A stretch of DNA of 59,575 bases, the filler included. It is 3 parts of 3 records of this genome, joined end to end, with 100 filler letters (N's around TTAATTAATTAA, not from the genome) between each part and the next. Parts side by side here need not be neighbours in the genome. Positions count along the whole stretch, not along the records: positions 17,758 to 45,133 come from SRR22947727_845; 2 more parts are not named here. One strand, written 5' to 3'. Position 1 is the first letter of the stretch. Each line of letters opens with the position of its first letter. Positions 25,756 to 35,629 of the stretch are shown in pieces. The notes beneath the pieces are model-generated. The model was given only the letters and a program-made list of their open reading frames with translations. It ran no database searches and was not told the origin of the DNA. The position numbers were made by a program, and so were the translations under genes.

Positions 25756-27771
25756 TTAGGCTAGGCCTTTTTCGTAGGCACGAGCCTCCTCTTGACGCTC
25801 GTGTTCCTCACCCGTGGCAATGGGTGCTCTGATGTGCCCCTCAGCCAGACCAAAGCTGCCGACAAGGTCAAGAGCGTGCGGGCGCAAGCGCGGCAACAAC
25901 CGGTGGTTGATGTAGTCCGTGATGGCCTCGGCGCGATGAGCGCTGAGTCGACCCTTCATGAGATACCAATCGCGGTGCTTCTCAATCAGGGTGAAACCGT
26001 GTAGGTCTCGCAACCATCGCAGGATCTGCTTGTTGTCGCCCTCCTCCATCCGATCAACTGCATGAGTGAAGGCTTCCCAGACTACGAGCTCGGCGTGAGA
26101 CCACGCTGCATCAATGAGCGCAGCTTGATGCTTGTTCATCAACGCGGCCGCCTCTTCGGGCGGCAACTTACTGGCCGGCTTGAGGTGATCAGCAATGTCC
26201 GCAACCATGGTGTGAACACGGTCGGTCAACAACTGGCGCTGCGAAGCGGTGCTGCGCACGTATCCGATGGATCTCGCGGTCGATCCGAAGTCTGCGACGT
26301 TCTGTGCGAGCCTACGCAGACCAGAACGGTTGAATGCCGCCTCACCAACTTGGTCGGCGAGATACCCGGCCATCGTCCCAAAATCGGCACCCTTGAACTG
26401 TTTGGCGTAGTCGCCGAGCAGGCGCTTAGCGACCAGCTGCAACAACACGGTGTTGTCACCCTCGAAGGTCACGTAGACATCCATGTCACCGTGCAGCGTC
26501 GAGAGTCGATTTTCGGCGAGGTAACCCTGACCACCGCAAGACTCACGCGCACCTTGAATGATGTCCAGTGCCGACCAGGTGGCATACGGCTTCAAGGCAG
26601 CGGCGAGAGTCTCCAGGTCTTGACGCTCCTCTTCGGTGTCTTTCTCTCCGCTAAACACCTCGTGGAAGATGCTCAGTAGCTCATCCTGCGCAAACGTCAT
26701 GGCATAGGCATTGGCCAGGCGAGGCAGCAATCGACGCTGGTGCTGCTGGTAGTCGAGCAACACCTGCTCGGTGTCAGCGCCAGGCACCGGGAACTGGCGA
26801 CGCACGACCCCGTACTTGACCGCAATGGTCATCGCCAGCTGCGATGCCACGGCAGCAGCGCCCACCAGGGAGACTCGGCCCTGAACGAGAGTGCCGAGGA
26901 TGGTGAAGAAGCGACGGCCGCGACTTTCAATGGGTGAGGAGTAGACACCCTGCTCGTCCACCGATCCGTAACGATCCAACAGGTTCTCTCGCGGAACTCG
27001 GACGTTGGTGAAATGAAGGCGACCGTTGTCGATTCCGTTGAGCCCACCCTTGGGCCCGTCGTCCTCTCCGCCAATTCCTGGGAGGAAACCTTTCTCATCA
27101 CGCAAGGGAACATAGAGTGCGTGAACCCCGTGGTTCTCGCCGCGAACAATCAGCTGTGCGAAAACGACCGCTGCTTTTCCGTGCAGAGCCGCGTTGCCTA
27201 TGTAGTCCTTCCAGGCCCCTCGGTGAGGGGTGTGGAGAATGAAGTCTCCCGTGGTTTCGTCATAGGTCGCTGTCGTCGCGATGGAGGCCACGTCGGATCC
27301 GTGCCCCGTCTCGGTCATTGCAAAGCAACCCGGCGTCTCGAGCGACATGATGCCCGGCAAAAAAGCGAGATGGTGCTTTTCGGTTCCCAAGTGCATCACC
27401 GCGGCACCAAAGAGACCCCACTGAACGCCAGACTTAATCTGTAGTGACGGGTCCGCCAGAACTAACTGCTCAAAGTTAGCGATGTTACCGCCGGGATCTG
27501 CTTTGCCTCCCACGCTCTTGGGGAAGGACAACAACACGCCTCCGGCATCGACGAGGTGTCCAAGTTGCTCGAGAACTCGAGCACGGTGCTCCGGAATCGG
27601 TTGACCTTCGATTTTCCACATCTCGGGGCGCTCGCAGAGAGCTCTGGCGCGAGTGCGAACCTCAGCCCAACGACCCAGCAAGTATTCACCGAGCGCTGCC
27701 GTGTCGAGCTGCAACTCCTCGCTCGCCGGAAACTTCTCTGTTGTCCGTGGTGACTCTGTGGTGACCGTCAT
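25756..27771 (-). CDS. Acyl-CoA oxidase/dehydrogenase
   Basis: GCFAMTETGHGSDV, GLNGIDNG, RESCGGQGY, TFEGDNTVLLQ; start set at ATG 27771 with GAGGAG RBS. Confidence 0.9.
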   Translation of the reverse strand: MTVTTESPRTTEKFPASEELQLDTAALGEYLLGRWAEVRTRARALCERPEMWKIEGQPIPEHRARVLEQLGHLVDAGGVLLSFPKSVGGKADPGGNIANFEQLVLADPSLQIKSGVQWGLFGAAVMHLGTEKHHLAFLPGIMSLETPGCFAMTETGHGSDVASIATTATYDETTGDFILHTPHRGAWKDYIGNAALHGKAAVVFAQLIVRGENHGVHALYVPLRDEKGFLPGIGGEDDGPKGGLNGIDNGRLHFTNVRVPRENLLDRYGSVDEQGVYSSPIESRGRRFFTILGTLVQGRVSLVGAAAVASQLAMTIAVKYGVVRRQFPVPGADTEQVLLDYQQHQRRLLPRLANAYAMTFAQDELLSIFHEVFSGEKDTEEERQDLETLAAALKPYATWSALDIIQGARESCGGQGYLAENRLSTLHGDMDVYVTFEGDNTVLLQLVAKRLLGDYAKQFKGADFGTMAGYLADQVGEAAFNRSGLRRLAQNVADFGSTARSIGYVRSTASQRQLLTDRVHTMVADIADHLKPASKLPPEEAAALMNKHQAALIDAAWSHAELVVWEAFTHAVDRMEEGDNKQILRWLRDLHGFTLIEKHRDWYLMKGRLSAHRAEAITDYINHRLLPRLRPHALDLVGSFGLAEGHIRAPIATGEEHERQEEARAYEKGLA

Positions 27772-27949
27772 GACGCTCTCCTCGTCGATTGTGCAAATCT
27801 GACCACAGAATACGCTTCTAGCCGTGCCTTCTCTACTGACATAGGTGCTTGGCACCATGGAGGTCGATTCTGCGCCAAACCTTTTTGTTTCAGACCTACT
27901 ACGCCCGGCCACTCCCTGTCAGCGCAGGGCGAACAGCACTTTCTCTCAG

Positions 27950-27965
27950 ATACCCCATGGGGTAT
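27950..27965. promoter_or_regulatory. CsoR/RicR-type operator palindrome
   Basis: Perfect palindrome ATACCCCATGGGGTAT 27 bp upstream of the thioredoxin ATG. Confidence 0.7.
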
Positions 27966-27992
27966 TGTGGTGTCGATACGAAAGGACACCAC

Positions 27993-28376
27993 ATGCCCAC
28001 TATTGACCTGACCTTCGAAGACTTTGAAAAGACCGTCACCTCGGATGGCATCACCCTCGTTGATTTTTGGGCAGCCTGGTGCGGCCCGTGCGTGGCGTTT
28101 GCTCCTGTTTATGAAGCTGCGAGTAATGAGCACAGCGATGTCACTTTCGGCAAGGTCGACACCGAGGCGCAGCCAGCCCTCTCCCAGGCCGCCAACATCC
28201 GTTCGATCCCCACTTTGATGGCGTTCCGGGACGGAATCCTGGTCTTTTCGCAGCCCGGTGCACTACCCGCCCCGGCCCTTGAAGAGGTCATTACCGCGGT
28301 CAAAGGCCTCGATATGGATGATGTTCGCAAGCAGGTTGAAGAAGCCCAGGCGAGCGAAGAAGCCAAACAGGCCTAG
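27993..28376 (+). CDS. trxA: Thioredoxin
   Basis: VDFWAAWCGPC, IRSIPTL; true start ATG 27993 after AAAGGA. Confidence 0.92.
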   Translation: MPTIDLTFEDFEKTVTSDGITLVDFWAAWCGPCVAFAPVYEAASNEHSDVTFGKVDTEAQPALSQAANIRSIPTLMAFRDGILVFSQPGALPAPALEEVITAVKGLDMDDVRKQVEEAQASEEAKQA

Positions 28377-29083
28377 AGCTCAGCGCGCGAGCGGAAGGTG
28401 CGACGAACCTTCTCCACGAACGTCGTGGCAGGAGGTTCGTTGTAGCCCTCCGCACGTTCCTGTCCTGACAGGGCGGCAATAGCCTCCATGACCTCATCTG
28501 TCGCCTGTCGCCGTGCGCGACCCGAGTCAGCTTTTCCGTGGTGCGAAAGATCCAGAGGCTCACCAAACTGGATCGTGACTTTGGCGAGGCGGATGCCCTT
28601 GGTTCCAATCGGTTGGACTTTATCGGTCCCCTTCAGCGCCACCGGAACGACGGGAACGCCGGCGTTCAGGGCTAGCCAGGCAACTCCCGTCTTACCTCGA
28701 TAGAGGCGACCATCCCTCGATCTCGTACCTTCTGGGTAAATGGCAAACGCTTCACCCTCCTGAAGGAGACCAAGCCCAGCATCCAATGCATCCTGAGCAG
28801 CTTGCCCGACACCGCGGGTCACCGGAATCGCACCGATGCCTCGAAAGAACGTCCGGGATAAGAATCCCTTCACGCCTGTCCCCGTGAAGTAGCTGTCCTT
28901 GGCCAAAAACGACACTGGCCTGGGAGCGAACAAGGTAATGACCACGCTGTCAATGAAGGACAGATGATTGCTGGCCAATATCACCGCCCCAGATCGGGGC
29001 ACGTTCTTCCGCCCCACAATCTTGGCGCGAAACAGACCCCTGGCCAGAGGACCCAGGGTGAGACGGCTCACCTGCTTCAGCAT
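28373..29083 (-). CDS. plsC: 1-acyl-sn-glycerol-3-phosphate acyltransferase
   Basis: NHLSFID, YPEGTRSRDG. Confidence 0.9.
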   Translation of the reverse strand: MLKQVSRLTLGPLARGLFRAKIVGRKNVPRSGAVILASNHLSFIDSVVITLFAPRPVSFLAKDSYFTGTGVKGFLSRTFFRGIGAIPVTRGVGQAAQDALDAGLGLLQEGEAFAIYPEGTRSRDGRLYRGKTGVAWLALNAGVPVVPVALKGTDKVQPIGTKGIRLAKVTIQFGEPLDLSHHGKADSGRARRQATDEVMEAIAALSGQERAEGYNEPPATTFVEKVRRTFRSRAEL

Positions 29084-29091
29084 AAAAAAGC

Positions 29092-29637
29092 CTAAGGGCG
29101 CTTGCTCGGTTTCTTAATTTTTGCAGGAATCCCCACCGCCAAGGACCCTGCCGGAACATCGTCCAAGACCACAGCTTTCGCCCCAATGGTCGCTCCATCG
29201 CCCACCGTGATGGCGCCCAACAGAGTCGCACCCGACCCGATAGTGACCCCATTGCCGACCGCGGGGTGCCTGCGACCTTGGCAGTCTTCGCGAGCCTGAG
29301 CGATCTTCCCGCCGAGCGTCACACCGTGGTACATCAAACAGTCGTCGCCGACCGTGGCGGTCTCGCCAATCACAACACCCATCCCGTGGTCGATAACCAA
29401 CCGGCGGCCCAGTGTGGCTCCTGGGTGGATCTCAATTCCGGTGAGTGTCCGAGCAACGTTGGAGATGATCCTGGCGATCAAAAACCACTCCCACCGCCAG
29501 AACCAGCTGGCCACCCGGTGCCACCAGAGAGCATGCACGCCGGGGGAGGTGAGAAAAACCTCGAGGTTGTTTCGCGCAGCAGGGTCGCGATCTCGCACCG
29601 CGGCGATGTCTTCGCCCATGCGAGTGGAGTGAGTCAT
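29092..29637 (-). CDS. cysE: Serine O-acetyltransferase
   Basis: [31 protein letters not shown]; start set just after the cysK stop. Confidence 0.92.
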   Translation of the reverse strand: MTHSTRMGEDIAAVRDRDPAARNNLEVFLTSPGVHALWWHRVASWFWRWEWFLIARIISNVARTLTGIEIHPGATLGRRLVIDHGMGVVIGETATVGDDCLMYHGVTLGGKIAQAREDCQGRRHPAVGNGVTIGSGATLLGAITVGDGATIGAKAVVLDDVPAGSLAVGIPAKIKKPSKRP

Positions 29638-29638
29638 G

Positions 29639-30574
29639 TTAGGTATCGAGGCCCTCATACAGAACGGTGGAGAGATAACGCTCACCAAAGCTTGCCAGAA
29701 TTACGACGATAGTCGAACCAGCAAGCTCGGGACGCTTCGACAGCTCCACGGCGGCATGCGCGGTCGCCCCCGACGAGATACCTCCGAGGATTCCTTCCTC
29801 GGCACCCAGGCGGCGGGCCATGTCCACGGCTTGCTGGCTGGTCACGTCGAGGACCTCGTCATAGACCTCACGGTCCAAGATCGCGGGCACAAAGTTGGCA
29901 CCAATTCCCTGGATTTTGTGGGGGCCGGCTTCTCCTCCATTGAGCAACGGTGACTCCAGTGGCTCCACCCCCACAACGCGCAGGCCAGGCTTCTTTTCTT
30001 TCAACACCTGTCCAGTTCCGGTCAGGGTTCCTCCAGTTCCCACGCCCGCGACAAAGACATCGACTGCGCCATCGGTGTCACGCCAAATCTCTTCCGCGGT
30101 GGTCTTCCGATGGATTTCAGGGTTTGCGGGGTTCTCAAATTGACGCGCCAGAACGGCGCCAGGAATCTCTGCGGCAATCTCAACCGCCTTGTTAACCGCT
30201 CCGGTCATGCCTTCTGCACCAGGGGTGAGCACCAGGGTTGCCCCATAGGCACGAAGGAGCATTCGGCGCTCACTGCTCATGGTGTCGGGCATCGCAAGAA
30301 CAGCTTTGTATCCGCGCGCTGCGGCAACCATCGCGAGCGCAATCCCCGTGTTACCACTGGTGGCCTCGACGATGGTTCCTCCCGGCTTCAGCTCGCCGGA
30401 CGCTTCTGCAGCGTCCACCACGGCGATGGCCAAACGGTCCTTGACGGAGGAGGAAGGGTTATAGAACTCAAGCTTGGCAAGGACGGTGGCGCCCGCGCCC
30501 TCGGTTACCCGGTTCAAGCGCACCAGAGGGGTGTTGCCGAAAGCTTCGGTGATGTTTCCATACACAAGTGACAC
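29639..30574 (-). CDS. cysK: Cysteine synthase A
   Basis: GNTPLV, SSVKDR, TSGNTG, GVGTGGT, HKIQGIG. Confidence 0.96.
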   Translation of the reverse strand: MSLVYGNITEAFGNTPLVRLNRVTEGAGATVLAKLEFYNPSSSVKDRLAIAVVDAAEASGELKPGGTIVEATSGNTGIALAMVAAARGYKAVLAMPDTMSSERRMLLRAYGATLVLTPGAEGMTGAVNKAVEIAAEIPGAVLARQFENPANPEIHRKTTAEEIWRDTDGAVDVFVAGVGTGGTLTGTGQVLKEKKPGLRVVGVEPLESPLLNGGEAGPHKIQGIGANFVPAILDREVYDEVLDVTSQQAVDMARRLGAEEGILGGISSGATAHAAVELSKRPELAGSTIVVILASFGERYLSTVLYEGLDT

Positions 30575-30679
30575 GGGGTTCCTCCTAGAGAGCGCAACAG
30601 CGAATGGACCCAGAGTATTCCGGATTGGTCACAACACCATCCCCGGAAGTAATACTGTTACGTCGATGAAAGCTACTCC

Positions 30680-31549
30680 GTGCTGACTGTCGCACTCGGC
30701 CTTATCGGCGCACTGGCGTATGGCGGTGCTGATTTTTATGGTGGACTCGCAGCACGGCGCTCCTCGACCATCCTCACCACTCTGGGTGTTGCGCTCGTGG
30801 GCCTGGTGGGACTAGCGCTGGTATCGCCCTTCGTGGCGGCAGTCTCCAGCTATGACGCCTGGTTCTATGGCGCAGCGTCCGGCCTCGCCGGTGCGATTGG
30901 CATCGGCCTGCTCTATGGCAGTTTGGCCATTGGGCCGATGAGCATCCTTTCTCCCGCCACAGCATTCATCTCCGCCATCGTTCCCGTGAGTGTGGGGCTA
31001 TCCCAAGGTGAAGGCGGCGGAGTGTCCTTCTACGTCGCCCTCGCTCTCGCCCTGCTCGCTGTCGTACTCGTGGGGTTTGTGCCCGAGAAGGGTGCCGTGC
31101 GCCCCAGGCCCATCGGGCTTCTCATGGCGGCGGGCTCCGGAACCTTCATCGGGTTTACGGTCATCCTCATCGACCTGTCCCCCGCTGACTCTGGACTGAT
31201 TCCACTCCTTGCTAATCGAATGGTGTCCTCCAGTGCCCTCATCATTGCCACCGGCGTGCTCGTTCTCACACGAGTGACGCTCTCCCGCACTCCTCGACTG
31301 CCGGGGCTCACTCAGATTCGCAGCGTGGGAACCATGATCATCATCGCGGGAGTCATGGATGTGCTCGCCAATGTCGCCGTCATCTACGGATTGCGCTCGG
31401 GAGATCTCTCGGTGGTCTCCGTGTTGATTGCGCTCTATCCCGCCGGAACAATTCTGCTCGCCGGTGTCGTCTTGAAAGAGCGCATTGCGCTCATTCAGTG
31501 GGCGGGACTTGCGCTGGCCCTCGTGGCCAGCGCACTCCTCGCCCTCTAG
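30680..31549 (+). CDS. EamA/DMT-family transporter
   Basis: About 10 hydrophobic spans, YGGADF.GG start, LYPAGTILLA..VLKERI. Confidence 0.85.
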   Translation: MLTVALGLIGALAYGGADFYGGLAARRSSTILTTLGVALVGLVGLALVSPFVAAVSSYDAWFYGAASGLAGAIGIGLLYGSLAIGPMSILSPATAFISAIVPVSVGLSQGEGGGVSFYVALALALLAVVLVGFVPEKGAVRPRPIGLLMAAGSGTFIGFTVILIDLSPADSGLIPLLANRMVSSSALIIATGVLVLTRVTLSRTPRLPGLTQIRSVGTMIIIAGVMDVLANVAVIYGLRSGDLSVVSVLIALYPAGTILLAGVVLKERIALIQWAGLALALVASALLAL

Positions 31550-33099
31550 ACGCGCTCGAGTGGACGAGAAGGCTTGACGCTCTTCTCCTCCAGCTCACAC
31601 GAGATACCGGCCTGCTTGAGCAGATCGACTAGACGGCGTGACCGTGAGCGAGTCGTCAACGTAATCACACGACCCTCCTTGCCTGCACGTCCGGTGCGAC
31701 CTGAGCGGTGCACATATGACTTGAAGTCATCGGGCTGGTCCACCTGAACGACAGTGTCGATGTCGTCGACGTGGATTCCTCGCGCTGCAACATCGGTCGC
31801 AACAAGAACGTTCACGCGACCAGACGTGAGCTTCTCCAGGTTGCGGGTACGCCTCGCCTGGTTCAGATCACCGTGAAGACTGACCGCGGGAACACCGTGG
31901 TCGTCCAAGTGGTCCGCAAGCTCCTCAGCGAAGGCGCGAGTCCTGGTGAACATCAACACCTTGCCGGGACCTTGAGCAAGCTCCAAGACCACGTCGCGCT
32001 TCTGGCGCTGGTCCACGACCCACACACGGTGGTCAATGCTGGAGGACTCCTGGTTTTCTCCGGCAACCTCAAACACTGCAGGGTTGGGGAGGAACTCTGC
32101 GACGATTCCTGCGACACCGGCGTCGAGAGTGGCGGAGAACAGCAAGCGCTGCCCCGACGGTGACGTGGCGCGGAGGATGCGGCCCAAGGGCTCAATGAAC
32201 CCGAGCTCCGACATGTGATCTGCCTCGTCGACAACCGAGATGACGACCTGGGACACATCGAGCTTGCCTCTGGCCATCAGGTCTTCAATGCGACCGGGAG
32301 TACCGATCACAATGTCGACACCGCGCTCGAGAGCGCCGATCTGGCGACCCAGTGGGACACCACCATAAATCTGAGTGGTGAAGAGACCCACGCTCCGGGC
32401 AATGGGCTGCACGGTGCGGTCGATCTGCAACGCGAGCTCACGAGTGGGCGCAAGAATCAGAGCCCTGGGAGCGCGACCCACAGCGCGCTTGACGCCGTTC
32501 TTGGAGAGCCTCAGCAAGCGCTCCACCAGGGGGGCGCTGAACGCGATGGTCTTTCCCGATCCGGTGCGTCCGCGTCCGAGAACGTGGCGGCCGGTCAGTG
32601 CGACGGGAATAGTCACGGCCTGCAAAGCGAAGGGGGTAATGGCTCCCTGCTCGCGAATCGCTTCCGCGATGCGGTCACCGAGGCCTAGGTCCTGGAACTC
32701 GAGGCCTTCGCCGGCATCCGGGGCAACTGCGACAGCTTCCAACGGCTTGTGGTTGACGATCGGAGCTTGCTTGCGGGGAGCGTCAAAAGAGCGCTCGTTC
32801 CGCTCTGGCCTGCGGTTCCCGCCATCGCGAGGTGGCCTGCGGTCATCACCGGAATAGGGACGACGCTCGCCCGAGACAGGTTTGCGGTCGTTCTTCTTGT
32901 AGGGACGACTTTCCGAGGATCGGAACGGTGCGCCTTCACGCTTCTCAGCGGGACGGCGATCGGCAGAGTCGTCACGACGACGCTCGCCGCGGGGGGACTC
33001 ACCCTCAGCGTGGGCCTGAGGCCTGCGCTTCTTTTGGTCCTGGAAAGAGGTGCGTTTGGTCGGTGGGCGCCATGAAGGAGCCTTCTTGGAAGATGGCAT
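31546..33099 (-). CDS. DEAD-box RNA helicase
   Basis: GRTGSGKT, PTRELA, DEAD, SAT, ARGI, HRSGRTGR. Confidence 0.96.
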   Translation of the reverse strand: MPSSKKAPSWRPPTKRTSFQDQKKRRPQAHAEGESPRGERRRDDSADRRPAEKREGAPFRSSESRPYKKNDRKPVSGERRPYSGDDRRPPRDGGNRRPERNERSFDAPRKQAPIVNHKPLEAVAVAPDAGEGLEFQDLGLGDRIAEAIREQGAITPFALQAVTIPVALTGRHVLGRGRTGSGKTIAFSAPLVERLLRLSKNGVKRAVGRAPRALILAPTRELALQIDRTVQPIARSVGLFTTQIYGGVPLGRQIGALERGVDIVIGTPGRIEDLMARGKLDVSQVVISVVDEADHMSELGFIEPLGRILRATSPSGQRLLFSATLDAGVAGIVAEFLPNPAVFEVAGENQESSSIDHRVWVVDQRQKRDVVLELAQGPGKVLMFTRTRAFAEELADHLDDHGVPAVSLHGDLNQARRTRNLEKLTSGRVNVLVATDVAARGIHVDDIDTVVQVDQPDDFKSYVHRSGRTGRAGKEGRVITLTTRSRSRRLVDLLKQAGISCELEEKSVKPSRPLERV

Positions 33100-33336
33100 G
33101 GATAAGGTCAGCTTTCTTTGTGATCAGATGGGGAGAAGAGGTGTCACACATGACACCAGGCCCAGATCACCAGTAGCCAGACCGGGGCTGTTTCGTCTAC
33201 ACATGCGGCCGCTCTCACGACTGTGAGGCGATGGCCCACGAGGTTCGCCACCGATGGCGTTCTCTTGTTCCGTAGTTCAGAGTATCACCACAGGCTCGCT
33301 TATGGGGGGAAAGTTTTGTCTGCTCGGGCGTAGAGT

Positions 33337-33960
33337 ATGCGAGTGCATCGCGGACTCCACTACCTCAGACGGTGGAGTCAACTTCTCTCCGGGCTTTTCC
33401 TTTTTGGTTTTGCCGCCGCGATGATGCTGCGGGCAAGTCTTGGTGTGGACCCTTGGACGGTCTTTGCAGAGGGTTTCCATGTCACCTGGGGTTTTGGCAT
33501 CGGTTGGGTCATCGTGGTGAGCGGTCTCGTCGTTCTCTTGATTTGGATTCCGCTTCGACAAAGGCCGGGAATCGGAACAGTTCTCAACGCGCTCCTCGTG
33601 GGACCTTTCATGGAGGTCGGTCTCGCACTCGTGGAAACTCCGGAGAACTTTGTTCAGCGAGTGATCCTCTTTGCCGCTGGACTTCTGATGATGGGGATAG
33701 CGAGCGGTCTCTATATTGGAGCTCGTTTTGGTCCCGGTCCCCGCGATGGACTGATGGTCGGTTTCAACGCTCGGTTTGGATACCCGATGTGGGCGGTGCG
33801 TACCGTCGTGGAGGTCACTGTCTTGCTCATTGGCTGGAGCCTCGGTGGCAGCTTCGGTGTCGGAACCGTAATTTTTGCTCTCGCTATCGGGCCTATCGCC
33901 CAACGAGCAATCAGAGTGTTCCGGGTCCCGGACTACTTAGCGAAAGACACCGGCAAGTAG
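33337..33960 (+). CDS. YczE/YyaS/YitT-family membrane protein
   Basis: LGVDPWTV, RPGIGT, GPGPRDGLM, GVGTVIFA. Confidence 0.85.
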   Translation: MRVHRGLHYLRRWSQLLSGLFLFGFAAAMMLRASLGVDPWTVFAEGFHVTWGFGIGWVIVVSGLVVLLIWIPLRQRPGIGTVLNALLVGPFMEVGLALVETPENFVQRVILFAAGLLMMGIASGLYIGARFGPGPRDGLMVGFNARFGYPMWAVRTVVEVTVLLIGWSLGGSFGVGTVIFALAIGPIAQRAIRVFRVPDYLAKDTGK

Positions 33961-34580
33961 AGGTCCTGCACCCGGTCTTCGAGAGCCGTGTGGTCGTTCC
34001 GCGTGAAAAGCCCACAGCGCACTTGCGTGCAATCGACATTCTCATCCGCACTAGCGGGAATTTCGATGTAGGCCGTGAACGATCCAGCTCCTCGGTCATC
34101 GAAACTTCGAGCTCCAAAAAGGCGCCAGGCCCAGTCATCGTTCACCCAGTTTGATGCCGCGTATTCCACAGCACCCGCGGTGGAATCGCCATCCTCTTCG
34201 GTGCTGGGAACTCCGCCCAGGCATGGGCCGGGCTTCCCCCCGACAGAGTCGGGAACTTTGCACACAGCAACATAGATTCCTTTACTCGGGTCAAACCCCG
34301 AGCCCGAGACAATAAGGCGGTCACCGGCGACAAGGGCAGAAAAATCTCTCTCCTCCCCGCTCTCAAAAACTGCCTCCAGAGTTCGCGTGCGACCATCATC
34401 GCCCGTGGCGCTGACACTCGCGGGATAGCCCTCCACCTCGAGTTGTTGCCCCGATGAGCCCGCCGGTGAACTGGTCACAATCGGCACCACGATCCAGGCC
34501 GTGATGAGCACTGCAACAACCACCATGATTCCCCCAGCCCACGCGAAAGCCCGGAACATCGGTCTCGTGGAGGAGGTCAT
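33933..34580 (-). CDS. Membrane-anchored secreted hypothetical protein
   Basis: N-terminal TM; GSGFDPSKGIYVAVC..PCLGG..CGLFTRNDH..QDLYLPVSF domain with 4 Cys. Confidence 0.7.
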   Translation of the reverse strand: MTSSTRPMFRAFAWAGGIMVVVAVLITAWIVVPIVTSSPAGSSGQQLEVEGYPASVSATGDDGRTRTLEAVFESGEERDFSALVAGDRLIVSGSGFDPSKGIYVAVCKVPDSVGGKPGPCLGGVPSTEEDGDSTAGAVEYAASNWVNDDWAWRLFGARSFDDRGAGSFTAYIEIPASADENVDCTQVRCGLFTRNDHTALEDRVQDLYLPVSFAK

Positions 34581-34619
34581 TCGCTCAGTCTATTTCCGCA
34601 AGGAGAGTAGCCTTCGCGT

Positions 34620-34997
34620 GTGCGATTTCGCGAAATAGTGGCTGTAGCTCTCGGGGGCGGGCTGGGCACTCTCGCCCGAGTTGGCGCGCTCGAAGCTACC
34701 GAACACCTGCCCCAGGGCGAGATGCTGGCCACTGTGGCTGCGAACACTCTCGGCGCACTGGGCTTAGCGTTTGTGCTCGCCAGAGGTCTGCCCGAGTTTC
34801 CCCCCTGGCTTCGCTCGGGGATCAGCGTGGGGTTTTTGGGCTCCTACACAACGTTCTCCGCGATCGCACTGTTGACGGTCACGGAGACCATGGCGTGGGG
34901 ATTGGGATATCTCGCTGTGACACTCGTTGCCGGGATACTCGCCGTGCTGGTGGGGCGCGCACTCGGTGTTGCGGCTCGACGGGGAGGTCTCCGATGA
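34620..34997 (+). CDS. crcB: Fluoride channel FluC/CrcB, subunit 1
   Basis: GGGLGTLAR, ANTLG, GFLGSYTTFS. Confidence 0.88.
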   Translation: MRFREIVAVALGGGLGTLARVGALEATEHLPQGEMLATVAANTLGALGLAFVLARGLPEFPPWLRSGISVGFLGSYTTFSAIALLTVTETMAWGLGYLAVTLVAGILAVLVGRALGVAARRGGLR

Positions 34998-35347
34998 CGC
35001 CACTCGTCTTGGCAGCAACGGTAGGACTTGGCGCAGTGGGAGCCGTTCTCCGCTGGCTCGTGATGCAGGCACTGCCCCATGCGCCCTGGTGGTCTCTCGG
35101 AATAGTGAACATCACGGGATCAGCAGCGATAGGTGTGGTGGCAGCGCTTCCGGAGGGCTTCTGGTCCTACCCGCTCATGATCGGTCTCGCGGGTGGCCTC
35201 ACCACGTTCTCCACGCTCGCGGTGCTGATGGTCCCCTTAAGTGCGGAGAACGTGGCACGACGCGTTGTGGCGCCTCTGGCGCTGCATGTTGTGGCTGGAG
35301 TGGTGGCGTGTGCTGCCGGATTTATCGGCACGACGGCGGTTCTCTAG
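34994..35347 (+). CDS. crcB: Fluoride channel FluC/CrcB, subunit 2
   Basis: GAVGAVLR, VNITGS, GLAGGLTTFST; ATGA overlap start at 34994. Confidence 0.85.
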   Translation: MTPLVLAATVGLGAVGAVLRWLVMQALPHAPWWSLGIVNITGSAAIGVVAALPEGFWSYPLMIGLAGGLTTFSTLAVLMVPLSAENVARRVVAPLALHVVAGVVACAAGFIGTTAVL

Positions 35348-35455
35348 GTCATCCAAGCCCCAAGCACTGCGTGATAAACTCCCTCCATTCTCTATCCCTG
35401 ACACGGCAGGTTCTGGGCTTAGGAGCCCTCGTCGAAAGAAGCAAAGGGGTGACCG

Positions 35456-35629
35456 ATGGGTCGCGGTCGGCAAAAAGCAAAGCACACTAAAGTGGCGCGC
35501 GAATTGAAGTATTACTCGCCGGACACAGACCTGTCGCAGCTCGAGAAAGAACTCGCCACTTCACAGGGCGATGATCAATACGAAGACAAGTGGGCGGACT
35601 ACGACGACGCCGAAGAAGAGTCTGCGTAA
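35456..35629 (+). CDS. DUF3073-family small protein (57 aa, absent from the ORF track)
   Basis: MGRGRQKAKHTKVARELKYYSPDTDLSQLEKEL, convergent with purM as usual in Actinobacteria. Confidence 0.9.
   Translation: MGRGRQKAKHTKVARELKYYSPDTDLSQLEKELATSQGDDQYEDKWADYDDAEEESA

Noticed and set aside
33227-33263. Fluoride riboswitch-like GGCGATGG...GTTCGCC...GATGGC
   Set aside because: The first loop is too long, the pseudoknot partner is missing, and it lies over 1.3 kb from crcB with other genes between; better read as the antisense of the helicase leader.
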